64,000 nt of DNA from Acidimicrobiaceae bacterium (GCA_009844405.1 VYBO01000003.1:11214-75213), one strand, 5' to 3'. Shown: positions 35,801 to 43,768, counted from the first letter of the stretch. Numbers and translations: made by a program. Notes: generated from the sequence alone by a model not told the origin.

Positions 35801-37096
35801 GGCCGGTGCGACGCCCCGGTCCCCGTGTGGGCACTCGACGAGAGCACCGAACTGTTCGAGACTCGCTCCCCGGCGCCGCTTCTCGACGGTCATGACGACT
35901 TGGTCCACGCCACCACGCTGCGGCTGCTCGAAGCGGTCCCCGCGCGGGCCTCGAACAAGCAGATGACCCTGCTCGACAGTCTGCTCGCTCGCGCGATGCA
36001 GCATCCCGACAGAATCTCGCTCCGAGAGTTGGCCGCAAGGAAGCTGTCGCTGCAGAGTCTGGCGGTCAGCCAGCGGACGCGCTGGCTGACCGTTGATGCG
36101 CTGCTTTCCGACCACGCGAACCTTGGACCACTGAAGGAATACGTACGCCACAACGAACGGAGAGTCAAACATCTTGCAGAGTTTCTGCGCCGCAGCTCGC
36201 ACCGCGACAACATGCACCAATCGGCCCTGGCCGGCGTGCGTGAACCGGAGGTGCTCAGAGACGCGATCGAGATCCTTGGTGCCTCGTTCGGACCAGTCGA
36301 ATGGGGCGGCGGCTACATCACGCTCGGGATGGAGATGTCGGAACTCTTGGGGGTGCTGATCGAACAACTCGGCACCTTGGCGGGCAACGACACAGACCGA
36401 GCCTTCAGGGATCTGATCGCCAATCCTTGGCTGGAGCGCTGGCGAGACCGGCTCACCATGGCGCATGAGCGACAGCGCGTCGTCCACCGGGACGCGTCCT
36501 ACAGCCATCCCAGCATCGAGGAAGTGCAGCGCATGCTCCGGAACGAGGCGCCAACCTGCGCGGCCGACCTGGCAGCGCTCCTTCAGGACCGAATCGCCGA
36601 CATCGCGGCCAACATCAGAGGCAGCAACGACAATCCATGGCGGAACTACTGGAAGGACGACCGACGACGGCCCCCAGCCGAACCCAAACATGAGGACTCG
36701 TGCCGTGACGCCCTTCTTGCGGACCTCAAGAGTCGGCTGCCCGCCGAGGTCGACGCCGCGCCGGAGGGTCGCTACGCCGCGGACAACCGAGCCGACATAC
36801 GCGCCAACTGTTCCGGGTTCAACGTGCCCATCGAGATCAAGAAGAACTCGCACCCCGACCTATGGACCGCCATCCGCAGGCAACTCCTCGGCAAGTACAC
36901 TACGGACCCGGCAACGTCGGGCTACGGCATCTACCTCGTGCTGTGGTTCGCCCCCAACGCGACCAAGACCCCGCCCGACGGCAATCGACCCGACATCCCC
37001 CAGGCGCTGAGGGCGAAGTTGGAGCAGGAGCTGACCGCTGATGAGGCTCGCAAGATCTCGGTGATCGTCATGGACGTCACCAAGCCGGGCTCGTAG
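32852..37096 (+). CDS. 1414-aa NACHT-like (STAND-type) P-loop NTPase with a long helical region and a C-terminal PD-(D/E)xK-like nuclease motif
   Basis: The ATG overlaps the upstream stop (ATGA 32852..32855). GDPGAGKT (aa 41-48), LFIDGLDE (aa 85-92), an Arg/Glu coiled coil near aa 770-810, and the C-terminal AADNRADIRANCSGFNVPIEIKK. That it is a real CDS is secure; the functional call is tentative. Confidence 0.7.
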   Translation: MTITVARTCTEIPAKGNGRLAASDAKPLSAYRSTPAYVLLGDPGAGKTTEFRRECEELEDTAVFVTARNFVADVYSPEELSGRTLFIDGLDEMRAGTADAREPLDEIRRRLVRLGRPNVRISCREADWLGPNDRRSLEEVAPDARITVLLLDELSERATHDLLTEEFGIDNAETFEKEASSRGLAAMLRNPQTLKLLAKAVGPGGAWPESRLTTFELACAKMASEHNDEHRAVASGQAPEAVLDAAGHLCVLLLLCGLEGFRLAPDGTAADLRTDGFVSFDALEEAHCGRPRELLRGALSTKLFKPDCETELVPRHRQIAEFLAGRHLAKLIREGMSARRVVRRMTGPSDGRVVTVLRGLSAWLAAYRGEARRLLIDADPAGVGLYGDLSGFTLEDRALLFRSLVEFAEQGPLFGHAMQDGRADGYRDETARAFRSLASADMLESIRGVLRTPVGQPQRDRTTAFVLEVLSEAEEHEKESLAGLAPDLAEILRDGDRPSWVTVKALDAFTHIASSCSETDQTLLSVLDEIQEGTIADPGDRLRRALLNHLYPRVIEPATLWRDALPRPQDHRLSDLGNFWTRHVLSRSSDEHIASLLDSLCKDAPTFVPALGKAYLDDLPLQLLARALPALGDTLGTERLLDWLDVAGRTHGAPMREDETRSVRQWLESRPQVQKSVFLAWLRRGVATDPDRPYRHWFCDALHRSKLPEDFGLWCLEQATTLENSEPALARELLTQAHASLEDPAVSEGLSPAVMSQRIVGGGLACHLEKLRARRAASRSEDGVQERELEEAREQRRQERRQRQADWAGNLSAELDDLRNNRFFAPNLSTLAKVYLGMFMDFDSDASPRQRIGQLVGGDETLVDAVMVSILGAISRDDLPEADETIALHLKSQHSPLAYPVLASLHLHNEEDPARLDGISRDRKRKALAIHYCVPSDDEFPPWHNRWLQQEPELVLDVLYRCAAPAVRAGHEFVPCLNVLDRLGRCDAPVPVWALDESTELFETRSPAPLLDGHDDLVHATTLRLLEAVPARASNKQMTLLDSLLARAMQHPDRISLRELAARKLSLQSLAVSQRTRWLTVDALLSDHANLGPLKEYVRHNERRVKHLAEFLRRSSHRDNMHQSALAGVREPEVLRDAIEILGASFGPVEWGGGYITLGMEMSELLGVLIEQLGTLAGNDTDRAFRDLIANPWLERWRDRLTMAHERQRVVHRDASYSHPSIEEVQRMLRNEAPTCAADLAALLQDRIADIAANIRGSNDNPWRNYWKDDRRRPPAEPKHEDSCRDALLADLKSRLPAEVDAAPEGRYAADNRADIRANCSGFNVPIEIKKNSHPDLWTAIRRQLLGKYTTDPATSGYGIYLVLWFAPNATKTPPDGNRPDIPQALRAKLEQELTADEARKISVIVMDVTKPGS

Positions 37097-37201
37097 TGCC
37101 ACCGCGGACATCGCGGACTACGGCAGCGGCAGCCAGAGTGCGCGGCTGGAGCTAGAGGGAACTCGAGCCGCAGGCAACGGCTTGGGTAGCCTTTCGGCCC
37201 C

Positions 37202-38079
37202 GTGGGGCAGTCGCACACCGCGGACGAGGTTCTCGATCTAGCAGGGCAGGTTCGACAACCAACAATTGAGGGCCTACCCGACGGCTATCGATACGGAGTC
37301 ACGCGCTACGCCGACGTAATCCTGCAAGAGGCGTTCCGTAACCGATTCGACGACTTGCAGGTGGCGCTTGAGGACTTCCGTCCGACGTTGGACGAACTCC
37401 GAGCGGGCGGCGGAGGCCGGACCGTCTTTGTGAGACGATTCGACGAATCGCTCGCGAACATGATCGACGAGTCCGACAGCGGCAACGAACACACGGATCG
37501 AACGATTTGGGCAAGCAGAACATCACCATCGAGAAGGCCATCGGGTTCGACGGCCAAACCGAACCCGTCTCGAAGGTCCGCGGCCATGAGATCGACATGT
37601 TCGGGAAAGGCTCGCTGGCGAAGCCATTCCCGGGCGTGGCCGTGGAGATGGAGTGGAACAACAAGGATCCCTTCTTCGACCGCGACCTGATCAACTTCCA
37701 GGCTCTCCACCATGCGGGAGCGATCGCCGTTGGAGTGATTGTCACCCGCGGGCCCAATCTCCAGAATCTGATCTCCGGAGTGATTCGCAGCCAGGACGGC
37801 GGCTTCAAATACGGCGCTTCGTCAACTCACTGGGACAAGCTCGAGCCCCGCGTGAACCTGGGCGGTGGCGGCGAGTGCCCGCTGCTGCTGATCGGTATCG
37901 AGCCGGACAGGATCGATGGCATCGGACTCGCCCACAAAGTTAGGGCGAAACTCGACGAGGCCGAGGCACTCAAGGGGTCATGGCGGGACGCATACTCGAA
38001 GTGGAGCGACGCCAAACCGGTCTACGAGGCCCTCCGCGCCGAAGCACTAGCAATGATGCCGCCTCTTGCTGAGCAGTAA
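37202..38079 (+). pseudogene. frameshifted BamHI/BglII/BstYI-family type II restriction endonuclease
   Basis: The C-terminal 190 codons (frame 1, from 37507) carry GHEIDMFGK...VAVEMEWNNKDPFFDRDLINF...AVGVIVTRG, colinear with the BglII/BamHI catalytic core. The matching N-terminal ~100 codons (ADVILQEAF...FVRRFDESLANMIDES) are in frame 2 from 37202. The frames switch around 37440..37511, near a TTTGGG run. Confidence 0.55.
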
Positions 38080-38090
38080 CAGCCAGTGGA

Positions 38091-38930
38091 TCAGCTGTAC
38101 GCGGCGTAACGCTTGGCCCGCGGCTCGACATCGTCATCGGCCTCCAGCCCCCAAGATGTCCAACCCGGGCGTGAGTACCGGGCGAACAACTCCAAGTAAG
38201 GGCCGGGAGAGCAGGCCTCAATGATGTCGTATTGCTCGTCAGGCTTGCGCGAGTGCTCCCTCTTGCGGGTCTCAATCATGTTCACCTGTCGGCGGCCCGG
38301 CGGTAGCGTCCGCATGCTGCCTCGTACGCCGAACAGGATGACCTCCGTTACGTTTCGGAAGTAGAAGCCGACGTCGCGGCCATCAGGGCCACCGTCCTTG
38401 CGGCGTTTGGCCCACACCAGGTTGGACTTGTAGACGAAACCCCACGACTCCATCACCGCGAGGCCGTCGGCTATCAGAGCGTTGGGCACCCACAGGTAGA
38501 GATGGGCCTGCTCGGCAACAATCTCCGCAATTGGCAGAGCACGGATCTCGGCGGTTGTCATCGTGTCATAACGCGACAACCGACGATGCTCCGGGGCGAC
38601 CTTCCCCGTGCGGTTCATGAAGCGCCAAGGCGGATCGGCCAGCAGCGTCGAGAACGAGCGGCCTGCGAGTCGCCGCAAGTCATCAGCGGCGTCGCCTGAA
38701 TTGCCATTGTCCCGCGATGCGAGCCTGCCACGCGGCTTGGGCACCACACGTATCTCGTGCCCAAGCACATCGGCGAGACGCGAAATGGTCGATACCTGCG
38801 GGTTGTGACCGTTACCGCCAAGAAGCCGCCGAACCGAAGCAGGCTGAGTATCCGCGAGCCGGGCAAGCTCAGCCTTCGATACACCCGCCCTCCGTCGGGC
38901 CTGGTCGAGTTCTCTGGGAAGGTCGGTCAT
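38091..38930 (-). CDS. MT-A70-family DNA N6-adenine methyltransferase with an N-terminal XRE-type HTH
   Basis: 279 aa. HTH AGVSKAELARLADTQPASVRRLL, catalytic LLADPPWRF, then YLWVPNALI and HSRKPDEQYDIIE. Confidence 0.85.
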   Translation of the reverse strand: MTDLPRELDQARRRAGVSKAELARLADTQPASVRRLLGGNGHNPQVSTISRLADVLGHEIRVVPKPRGRLASRDNGNSGDAADDLRRLAGRSFSTLLADPPWRFMNRTGKVAPEHRRLSRYDTMTTAEIRALPIAEIVAEQAHLYLWVPNALIADGLAVMESWGFVYKSNLVWAKRRKDGGPDGRDVGFYFRNVTEVILFGVRGSMRTLPPGRRQVNMIETRKREHSRKPDEQYDIIEACSPGPYLELFARYSRPGWTSWGLEADDDVEPRAKRYAAYS

Positions 38931-38956
38931 CGAAGATCGGTCATCGCCTGGGCCGA

Positions 38957-38976
38957 CCGTAACACCTGCGTTACGG
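38957..38976. promoter_or_regulatory. palindrome CCGTAAC-ACCTGC-GTTACGG upstream of the methyltransferase
   Basis: 7-bp perfect inverted arms, 27-46 nt upstream of the start at 38930. On the minus strand an AATACT -10-like hexamer lies just upstream of it. Confidence 0.35.
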
Positions 38977-39015
38977 ATTGTCGAGTATTTGACGTTAGTC
39001 GCAGCGTGTGACTTC

Positions 39016-39348
39016 TCAGCTTTCGACCATGGCGATGAGTTCCTCGTCGCTGGGGATCTCCACGCCGGGCACGTAGTAGGTGTAGAGGCTGGCGATCACC
39101 TCGCCGAGCCCCGAGTCGTCGCCGGCGGCCAGCTCGGCGGTTATCACCGAGCCGTGCATGTGCAGCGACGACAGCCTGCCGGTGGCCAGCATCCGGCGGG
39201 CCAGCTCGTCGGAGGGACGGTCGCCGATGATCTCCTCGCCGGCCCGGTAGCGCTCGTGGCCCATGCCGGTGATGGTCCGGTTCAGCTCGAAGCGCACGAG
39301 GCCCGGTCTCGGCGACGAGGTTCGCAGGAAGGTGACGGGCTGACCCAT
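39016..39348 (-). CDS. small conserved protein, possibly NifU N-terminal (Nfu_N)-like
   Basis: 111 aa from ATG 39348. The pattern PGLVRFELNRTI...RPSDELARRMLATGRLSSLHMHGSVITAEL loosely resembles Nfu_N. Weak call. Confidence 0.4.
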   Translation of the reverse strand: MGQPVTFLRTSSPRPGLVRFELNRTITGMGHERYRAGEEIIGDRPSDELARRMLATGRLSSLHMHGSVITAELAAGDDSGLGEVIASLYTYYVPGVEIPSDEELIAMVES

Positions 39349-39361
39349 GGCGACCGCAAGG

Positions 39362-40159
39362 CTACAGCCGCCCGCCCGTCGCGACGGCGGGTCCCGGAGG
39401 GGTGGGGAACAGTTGGGGGTGGGCGTCCTCAGGGGGCGGCAGGACACGGGGGACGCCGCTCCAGCGCAGATCGTCCATGAACACCCAGCGACGGCGGTGG
39501 ATGGCGCACGGGCCCCATGCGGCCAGCGCGGCGATGTGGCGCGGGCAGGGGTAGCCCTTGTTGGACGCGAACCAGTAGGCCGGATATCGCTGCGCGGCCG
39601 CGACCATGAGGCGGTCGCGGGTCACCTTGGCCACCACGGAGGCGGACGCGATCGACAGGCTGGACGCGTCGCCCCGCACGATGGTGGTGACCCCCGGCCG
39701 ACCGTCACGCTCCGCGTCATCCTCTTCGGAGTCTCCGCGCGAGGCCAGGAAGTCCCACTTCCCGTCCACCAGCACGTGGTCCACGTCGAGACCCAGCCCG
39801 TCGACGGCCCGCCGGGCAGCCAGGCGCTGGGCGTCGGCCATGCCCAGCTCGGTGCACTCGTCGACGGTGGCATGGCCGACCGAGACCGCCCGGGCCCAGG
39901 CCCTGATGCGGTCGTGCAGAGTCTCTCGCTCGGCCGCGGTGAGCATCTTGGAGTCGCGCACCTTGTAGATGCGCCGACCGGGATCGGCGACCACGGCCGC
40001 CACCGTGAGCGGCCCGGCCCAGGAACCTCGACCCACCTCGTCGACGCCGGCCACCACCCCGGCGCCGGAGTCCCACAGGGCCCGCTCCGCCCGCAGTCCG
40101 GGCGCCCGTCCCCGCAGGGCGCGCCGGAGAGGCGCCGCGGTCGGAGCGGTGGAAGCCAT
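39362..40159 (-). CDS. rnhB: ribonuclease HII
   Basis: VAGVDEVGRGSWAGPLTVAAVV, VRDSKMLT and NKGYP motifs. Confidence 0.9.
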   Translation of the reverse strand: MASTAPTAAPLRRALRGRAPGLRAERALWDSGAGVVAGVDEVGRGSWAGPLTVAAVVADPGRRIYKVRDSKMLTAAERETLHDRIRAWARAVSVGHATVDECTELGMADAQRLAARRAVDGLGLDVDHVLVDGKWDFLASRGDSEEDDAERDGRPGVTTIVRGDASSLSIASASVVAKVTRDRLMVAAAQRYPAYWFASNKGYPCPRHIAALAAWGPCAIHRRRWVFMDDLRWSGVPRVLPPPEDAHPQLFPTPPGPAVATGGRL

Positions 40160-40190
40160 CGGCGCGACCGTAGCCGCGCCGGTAAGTGGC

Positions 40191-40679
40191 CTAAAGCGTC
40201 CAGGTGGAGAGGACCAGCGCCCTGTCGCGCCAGGCCTGGATGTTGGCGTCCAGGACGTCGAGCGGGTTGAACGGGGTCACGCCCTCCATGACGTCGTCCT
40301 CGCGCATGCCGTACAGCGCGCCCATGGCGAAGCGGCAGCAGTAGACGGTGGCGCCCTCGTTGATGAGGGTCTGGAGCTGGCGGTTGTAACCGAGGTTGCC
40401 GGGGAAGCCCTCCTGGCCCACCGCCGGGTAGCCCCGGGCAGCGTTGGCCATGAGCACGGCCGGGCCGTACAGCACGAACGTGAGCTTGAAGCCCTTGCGC
40501 TGCAGGCGGGTGGCGGTGAGCATGTTCACCAGGCCGACCGAGCCCTCGAAGGGCACCGTGTGCATGAACACGTACGCCTGGTCGCCCTCCTCGGCCTTGT
40601 AGTCGGGGAAGACCTTCTCCTCGATGTTGTGCATCACGTCGCCTTCCTGGGGCGGCGGGATGGTCACTGTCTTGGGCAT
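40191..40679 (-). CDS. MSMEG_0572/Sll0783-like protein (Nit1C 'hypothetical 1'; DsrE-like size and pattern)
   Basis: 162 aa. Placed by cluster context and by my recollection of the family. Needs an HMM check. Confidence 0.5.
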   Translation of the reverse strand: MPKTVTIPPPQEGDVMHNIEEKVFPDYKAEEGDQAYVFMHTVPFEGSVGLVNMLTATRLQRKGFKLTFVLYGPAVLMANAARGYPAVGQEGFPGNLGYNRQLQTLINEGATVYCCRFAMGALYGMREDDVMEGVTPFNPLDVLDANIQAWRDRALVLSTWTL

Positions 40680-40721
40680 GGTTGCCTCCTTGTTGTTGTG
40701 TGGGTAGTTGCTTGTCGGATC

Positions 40722-40982
40722 TCAGATCGCCGGTCCCTGGGGCCGGCCGGAGCGGATGGGCCAGGCCCTTCGATGGGATCCCGGCAGCGCCTGAATGACG
40801 CGCCGCCGCAAGCCCCAGGGCAGCAGGCGGTAGGCCGGTGTGAACACATGCATCCAGAAGTGCTCACGCAGACCGCTGGCCTTCTCCGGCATCGGTGCGC
40901 CGTAGCGGGAGCCGACACGCCGCTGGGCGTCGATGGCCAGGTAGTGCTCCGAGTTGGAGCGGAGCCACTGAGCGAACCCCAT
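40722..40982 (-). CDS. MSMEG_0570-like small protein (Nit1C 'hypothetical 2')
   Basis: 86 aa, lying between the flavoprotein and the Sll0783-like gene. Size and position fit. Not verified. Confidence 0.4.
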   Translation of the reverse strand: MGFAQWLRSNSEHYLAIDAQRRVGSRYGAPMPEKASGLREHFWMHVFTPAYRLLPWGLRRRVIQALPGSHRRAWPIRSGRPQGPAI

Positions 40983-40995
40983 GACGGCGCCGCCC

Positions 40996-42318
40996 CTACA
41001 GCCCGGCCAGCAGGTTCTGGGCGGCCACCGAGATCGGCTCGTTGAGAGCGCCGATGGCAGGCGAGTAGACGTTCTCCATGGTGGCCAGCTCCTCGACGGT
41101 GAGGCCGACCCGGACAGCCATGGCCAGGAAGTCGGCCCGCTCCTTGATCCCCTCGCCGCCGATCATCTGGGCCCCGATGAGCCGCAGCGATCCGGGCTCG
41201 GCCAGCAGCTTGACGGTGATGGGCCTGACGCCCGGGTAGTAGCGGGCCCGGGTGATGCCCTGGGCCTTGCCCACGACATGCTGTATGCCCAGCGCGGTGG
41301 CCAGCGTCTCCCCGAAGGACACCCCGCCGATCATCCACTCGCCGGCCAGCAGCCCCCACGGCACTAAGACCGGCCGGTAGTGGCGGGTCCCGCCGGCGGC
41401 ATTGGTTCCCGCCGTCTTGCCCTGCGCGTAGGCGTGGGAGCCGGTCAGACCCTGGATCGGGATGTCGGAGACCCCGTGGGGGATCTCGGTGCAGTCCCCC
41501 GCGGCGTAGATGTTCGGATCGGAGGTCTGCATCCTCGAGTCGACGATCAGGCCGCCGGTCGAGCCCAGATCGAGGCCGGCCGCGGCGGCCAGAGGATTGT
41601 TGGGCACCTTGTGGGTGCCGACGATGACGATGTCGGCCTCTATACGGCCCTGCTGCGTCTCGACGCTGCTCACGGTCCCGTCGCCCCGGAACGCGGTGAC
41701 CCGGTTGCCCCACTGCATGTCGACGCCGGCGTCCTCCCAGGCCTGGCGCACCGGCTCCACGATGTCGGGGTCGAGCACGTCGGCCATGGGCCAGGGGGCG
41801 GGATCGACGACGGTGCACTCGATCCCCCGGTGGCACAGGGCCGCGACCATCTCCATCGCCACGAGGCCGGCGTCCACGACCACCGCCGATTGGCAGGAGT
41901 CGAGGCGCTTGTCCCACTCCATGGCCTCGCGGATGTACTTGACCTCGTAGATGCCGTCGAGATCGGCTCCGGGGACGTCGACTGCGGCGTAGTTCCATCC
42001 CGATGCGATCACCAGGCGGTCGTAGGTCGCCTCGCCCTCGCCCGCGACAACGAGGGTGCGCGACTTCGGGTTGATGGACTCCACGGTGGTCTCGTAGTGG
42101 ACGTCGATGCCGGTGGCTACGTACTGCTCCTTGGTGGCCAGGAAGAGCCGGTCGAACGAGTCGATCTCCTTGCCGTGGACGTAGGGGATGCCGCACGGGC
42201 TGTAGGCCACGTCGGTGTCCGCGGTGTAGACCACGACGTCGGCGTCCGGATCGACGCCCTTGGCCGCGCCGGCAGCACCGATGCCTGCCGCGCCCCCGCC
42301 GATTACCGCTATCCGCAT
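40996..42318 (-). CDS. FAD-dependent pyridine nucleotide-disulfide oxidoreductase (NADH oxidase/CoA-disulfide reductase-like)
   Basis: MRIAVIGGGAAGIGAAGAA, a redox-Cys segment VAYSPCGIPYV, and a second dinucleotide fold. Confidence 0.85.
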   Translation of the reverse strand: MRIAVIGGGAAGIGAAGAAKGVDPDADVVVYTADTDVAYSPCGIPYVHGKEIDSFDRLFLATKEQYVATGIDVHYETTVESINPKSRTLVVAGEGEATYDRLVIASGWNYAAVDVPGADLDGIYEVKYIREAMEWDKRLDSCQSAVVVDAGLVAMEMVAALCHRGIECTVVDPAPWPMADVLDPDIVEPVRQAWEDAGVDMQWGNRVTAFRGDGTVSSVETQQGRIEADIVIVGTHKVPNNPLAAAAGLDLGSTGGLIVDSRMQTSDPNIYAAGDCTEIPHGVSDIPIQGLTGSHAYAQGKTAGTNAAGGTRHYRPVLVPWGLLAGEWMIGGVSFGETLATALGIQHVVGKAQGITRARYYPGVRPITVKLLAEPGSLRLIGAQMIGGEGIKERADFLAMAVRVGLTVEELATMENVYSPAIGALNEPISVAAQNLLAGL

Positions 42319-42443
42319 CGTGACCCTTTCGTCACCGGCTTTCTCCTGGAGTAAACCCGTCGTGTCGGATGAGAGAACTGCGTATCGGAACCTAAAGCCG
42401 ACCCCGCGCCAGTGTCAAGCCGCGCCTGTCCGATGCACGCCGG

Positions 42444-42839
42444 TCAGACGGCCCGCACCGACATCTCCGGAGAGTTGCGGATGGTGTTGGACACGTAGCA
42501 GACGCGTGCCGCCGCCTCCAGCAGCCGGTCCTTGACGGCGTCGTCGCAGCCGACATCGACCCGTATCTCGAGGGCCGAGAAACCGGGGCCGTCGTAGGTG
42601 CCGGTCACTTCCACCCCCAGATGGGACAGCTCGATGCCCCGCTTGCCGGCCGCGTGGGCCACCGCGAGGGTTAAGCACGACGACAGCGCGGCCAGCAGGA
42701 GCTCGGTGGGCTGGGGACCCCGGTTGGTCCCTCCATACCTCTCGGGCTCGTCCACGGGAATGGTGAAATCGCCCGAGGACACGTCGCAGCGGTAGGCGCC
42801 CAGCCACCGGGCCGAGACGGTAAGGGTCGGGGTACTCAC
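42444..42839 (-). CDS. OsmC/Ohr-family protein
   Basis: GTNRGPQPTELLLAALSSCLTLAV and AARVCYVSNTI motifs. Start set at GTG 42839 (the track gives 42878). Confidence 0.8.
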   Translation of the reverse strand: MSTPTLTVSARWLGAYRCDVSSGDFTIPVDEPERYGGTNRGPQPTELLLAALSSCLTLAVAHAAGKRGIELSHLGVEVTGTYDGPGFSALEIRVDVGCDDAVKDRLLEAAARVCYVSNTIRNSPEMSVRAV

Positions 42840-42923
42840 GGCGGGCCGTCCTTCAAGCTGCCGGCAGCGAGCCGTCAACTATACGACACCGCTGGATCAC
42901 AAGCGAAAAGGCCGTGGTCTAGG

Positions 42924-43577
42924 ATGCACGCCCGTGATGGAGCCATGACCGGCCAGGCGGCGGCCAGCGCTGGGGGCGCGGACGGGCGGCCCAACCACGT
43001 GAGCGGCGAGACGCTGAGCGCGGTCGTGAACTCGATCGGGCCCAAGATCCGCCACCTGCGCAAGCAGTGGAACCTGTCGCTGCAGCAGCTCGCCGACCGC
43101 TCCGACGTGTCGACCGCGGCCATTCACAAGGTGGAGCAGGGCACCATGGTGCCCACCATCACAACCCTGCTGAAGCTGGCCGCGGCCCTCGAGCAGCCGG
43201 TGGCGTACTTCGTGGACGAGGAGCTGGAGTCGCCGCCCTACGTGGTCTTCACCCCTGCGTCCGAGCGCCGATCGATCTACACCCCCCATGAGGGCCTCAC
43301 CCTGGAGGGAATCTCCGGTCCCTACGGCCAGTACTTCGTGGCCACCGCCATCGCCGAGGTGGCGCCAGGCGCCGGCAGCGGCCAGTCCCCGCTCCACCAC
43401 GCGGGCGAGGAGCTGATCCACATGCTGTCGGGGCGACTCGACGTGGACGTCTCCGGTCAGACCTTCCAGCTGCGCAAGGGCGACTCGATCCACTTCCGGA
43501 CCGACCACGAGCACCGCTGGCGCAACCCCGCCAAGCACCCGGCCCGCGCCGTGTGGACGGCGCTCAGGCCCTCCTGA
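42924..43577 (+). CDS. XRE-family HTH regulator with a C-terminal cupin domain
   Basis: HTH IRHLRKQWNLSLQQLADRSDVSTAAIHKVEQG and cupin HHAGEELIHMLSGRLDVDVSGQTFQLRKGDSIHF. Confidence 0.85.
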   Translation: MHARDGAMTGQAAASAGGADGRPNHVSGETLSAVVNSIGPKIRHLRKQWNLSLQQLADRSDVSTAAIHKVEQGTMVPTITTLLKLAAALEQPVAYFVDEELESPPYVVFTPASERRSIYTPHEGLTLEGISGPYGQYFVATAIAEVAPGAGSGQSPLHHAGEELIHMLSGRLDVDVSGQTFQLRKGDSIHFRTDHEHRWRNPAKHPARAVWTALRPS

Positions 43578-43768
43578 ATCCACGGGCCCGCGACCGAACC
43601 GGGTTGAGATCAGCAAGCAACGCTCCAGCACCAGCCCTACAAATGCAATACCCCGGACGCATGCCACAGGGGCATTGGCGACACCGGGGGAATTGGATTG
43701 CGGTCGATTATACGCCTAAGAGGGAGCGCGGATTGATCGGCGGCCAATCGCGTCGCAGGGTGGTCATA

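Noticed and set aside
37507-38079. Treating the TTG-initiated 190-aa ORF as an independent, intact restriction endonuclease
   Set aside because: BglII/BamHI-family enzymes have about 80-100 residues N-terminal to the catalytic D. Those residues are present upstream in another frame, so a frameshifted single gene is the better reading.
40664-42196. 510-aa minus-strand ORF overlapping the flavoprotein gene in another frame
   Set aside because: The 40996..42318 frame has the GGGAAG dinucleotide fold and the redox Cys. This frame is compositional noise.
43689-43750. Possible degenerate fourth copy of the GAATTGGCAGC hairpin repeat (GAATTGGATTGCGG...GGCGGCCAATCG)
   Set aside because: The arms match only 5 of 7 positions, and the internal similarity is direct (GGATTG twice) rather than inverted. 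This is not convincing.
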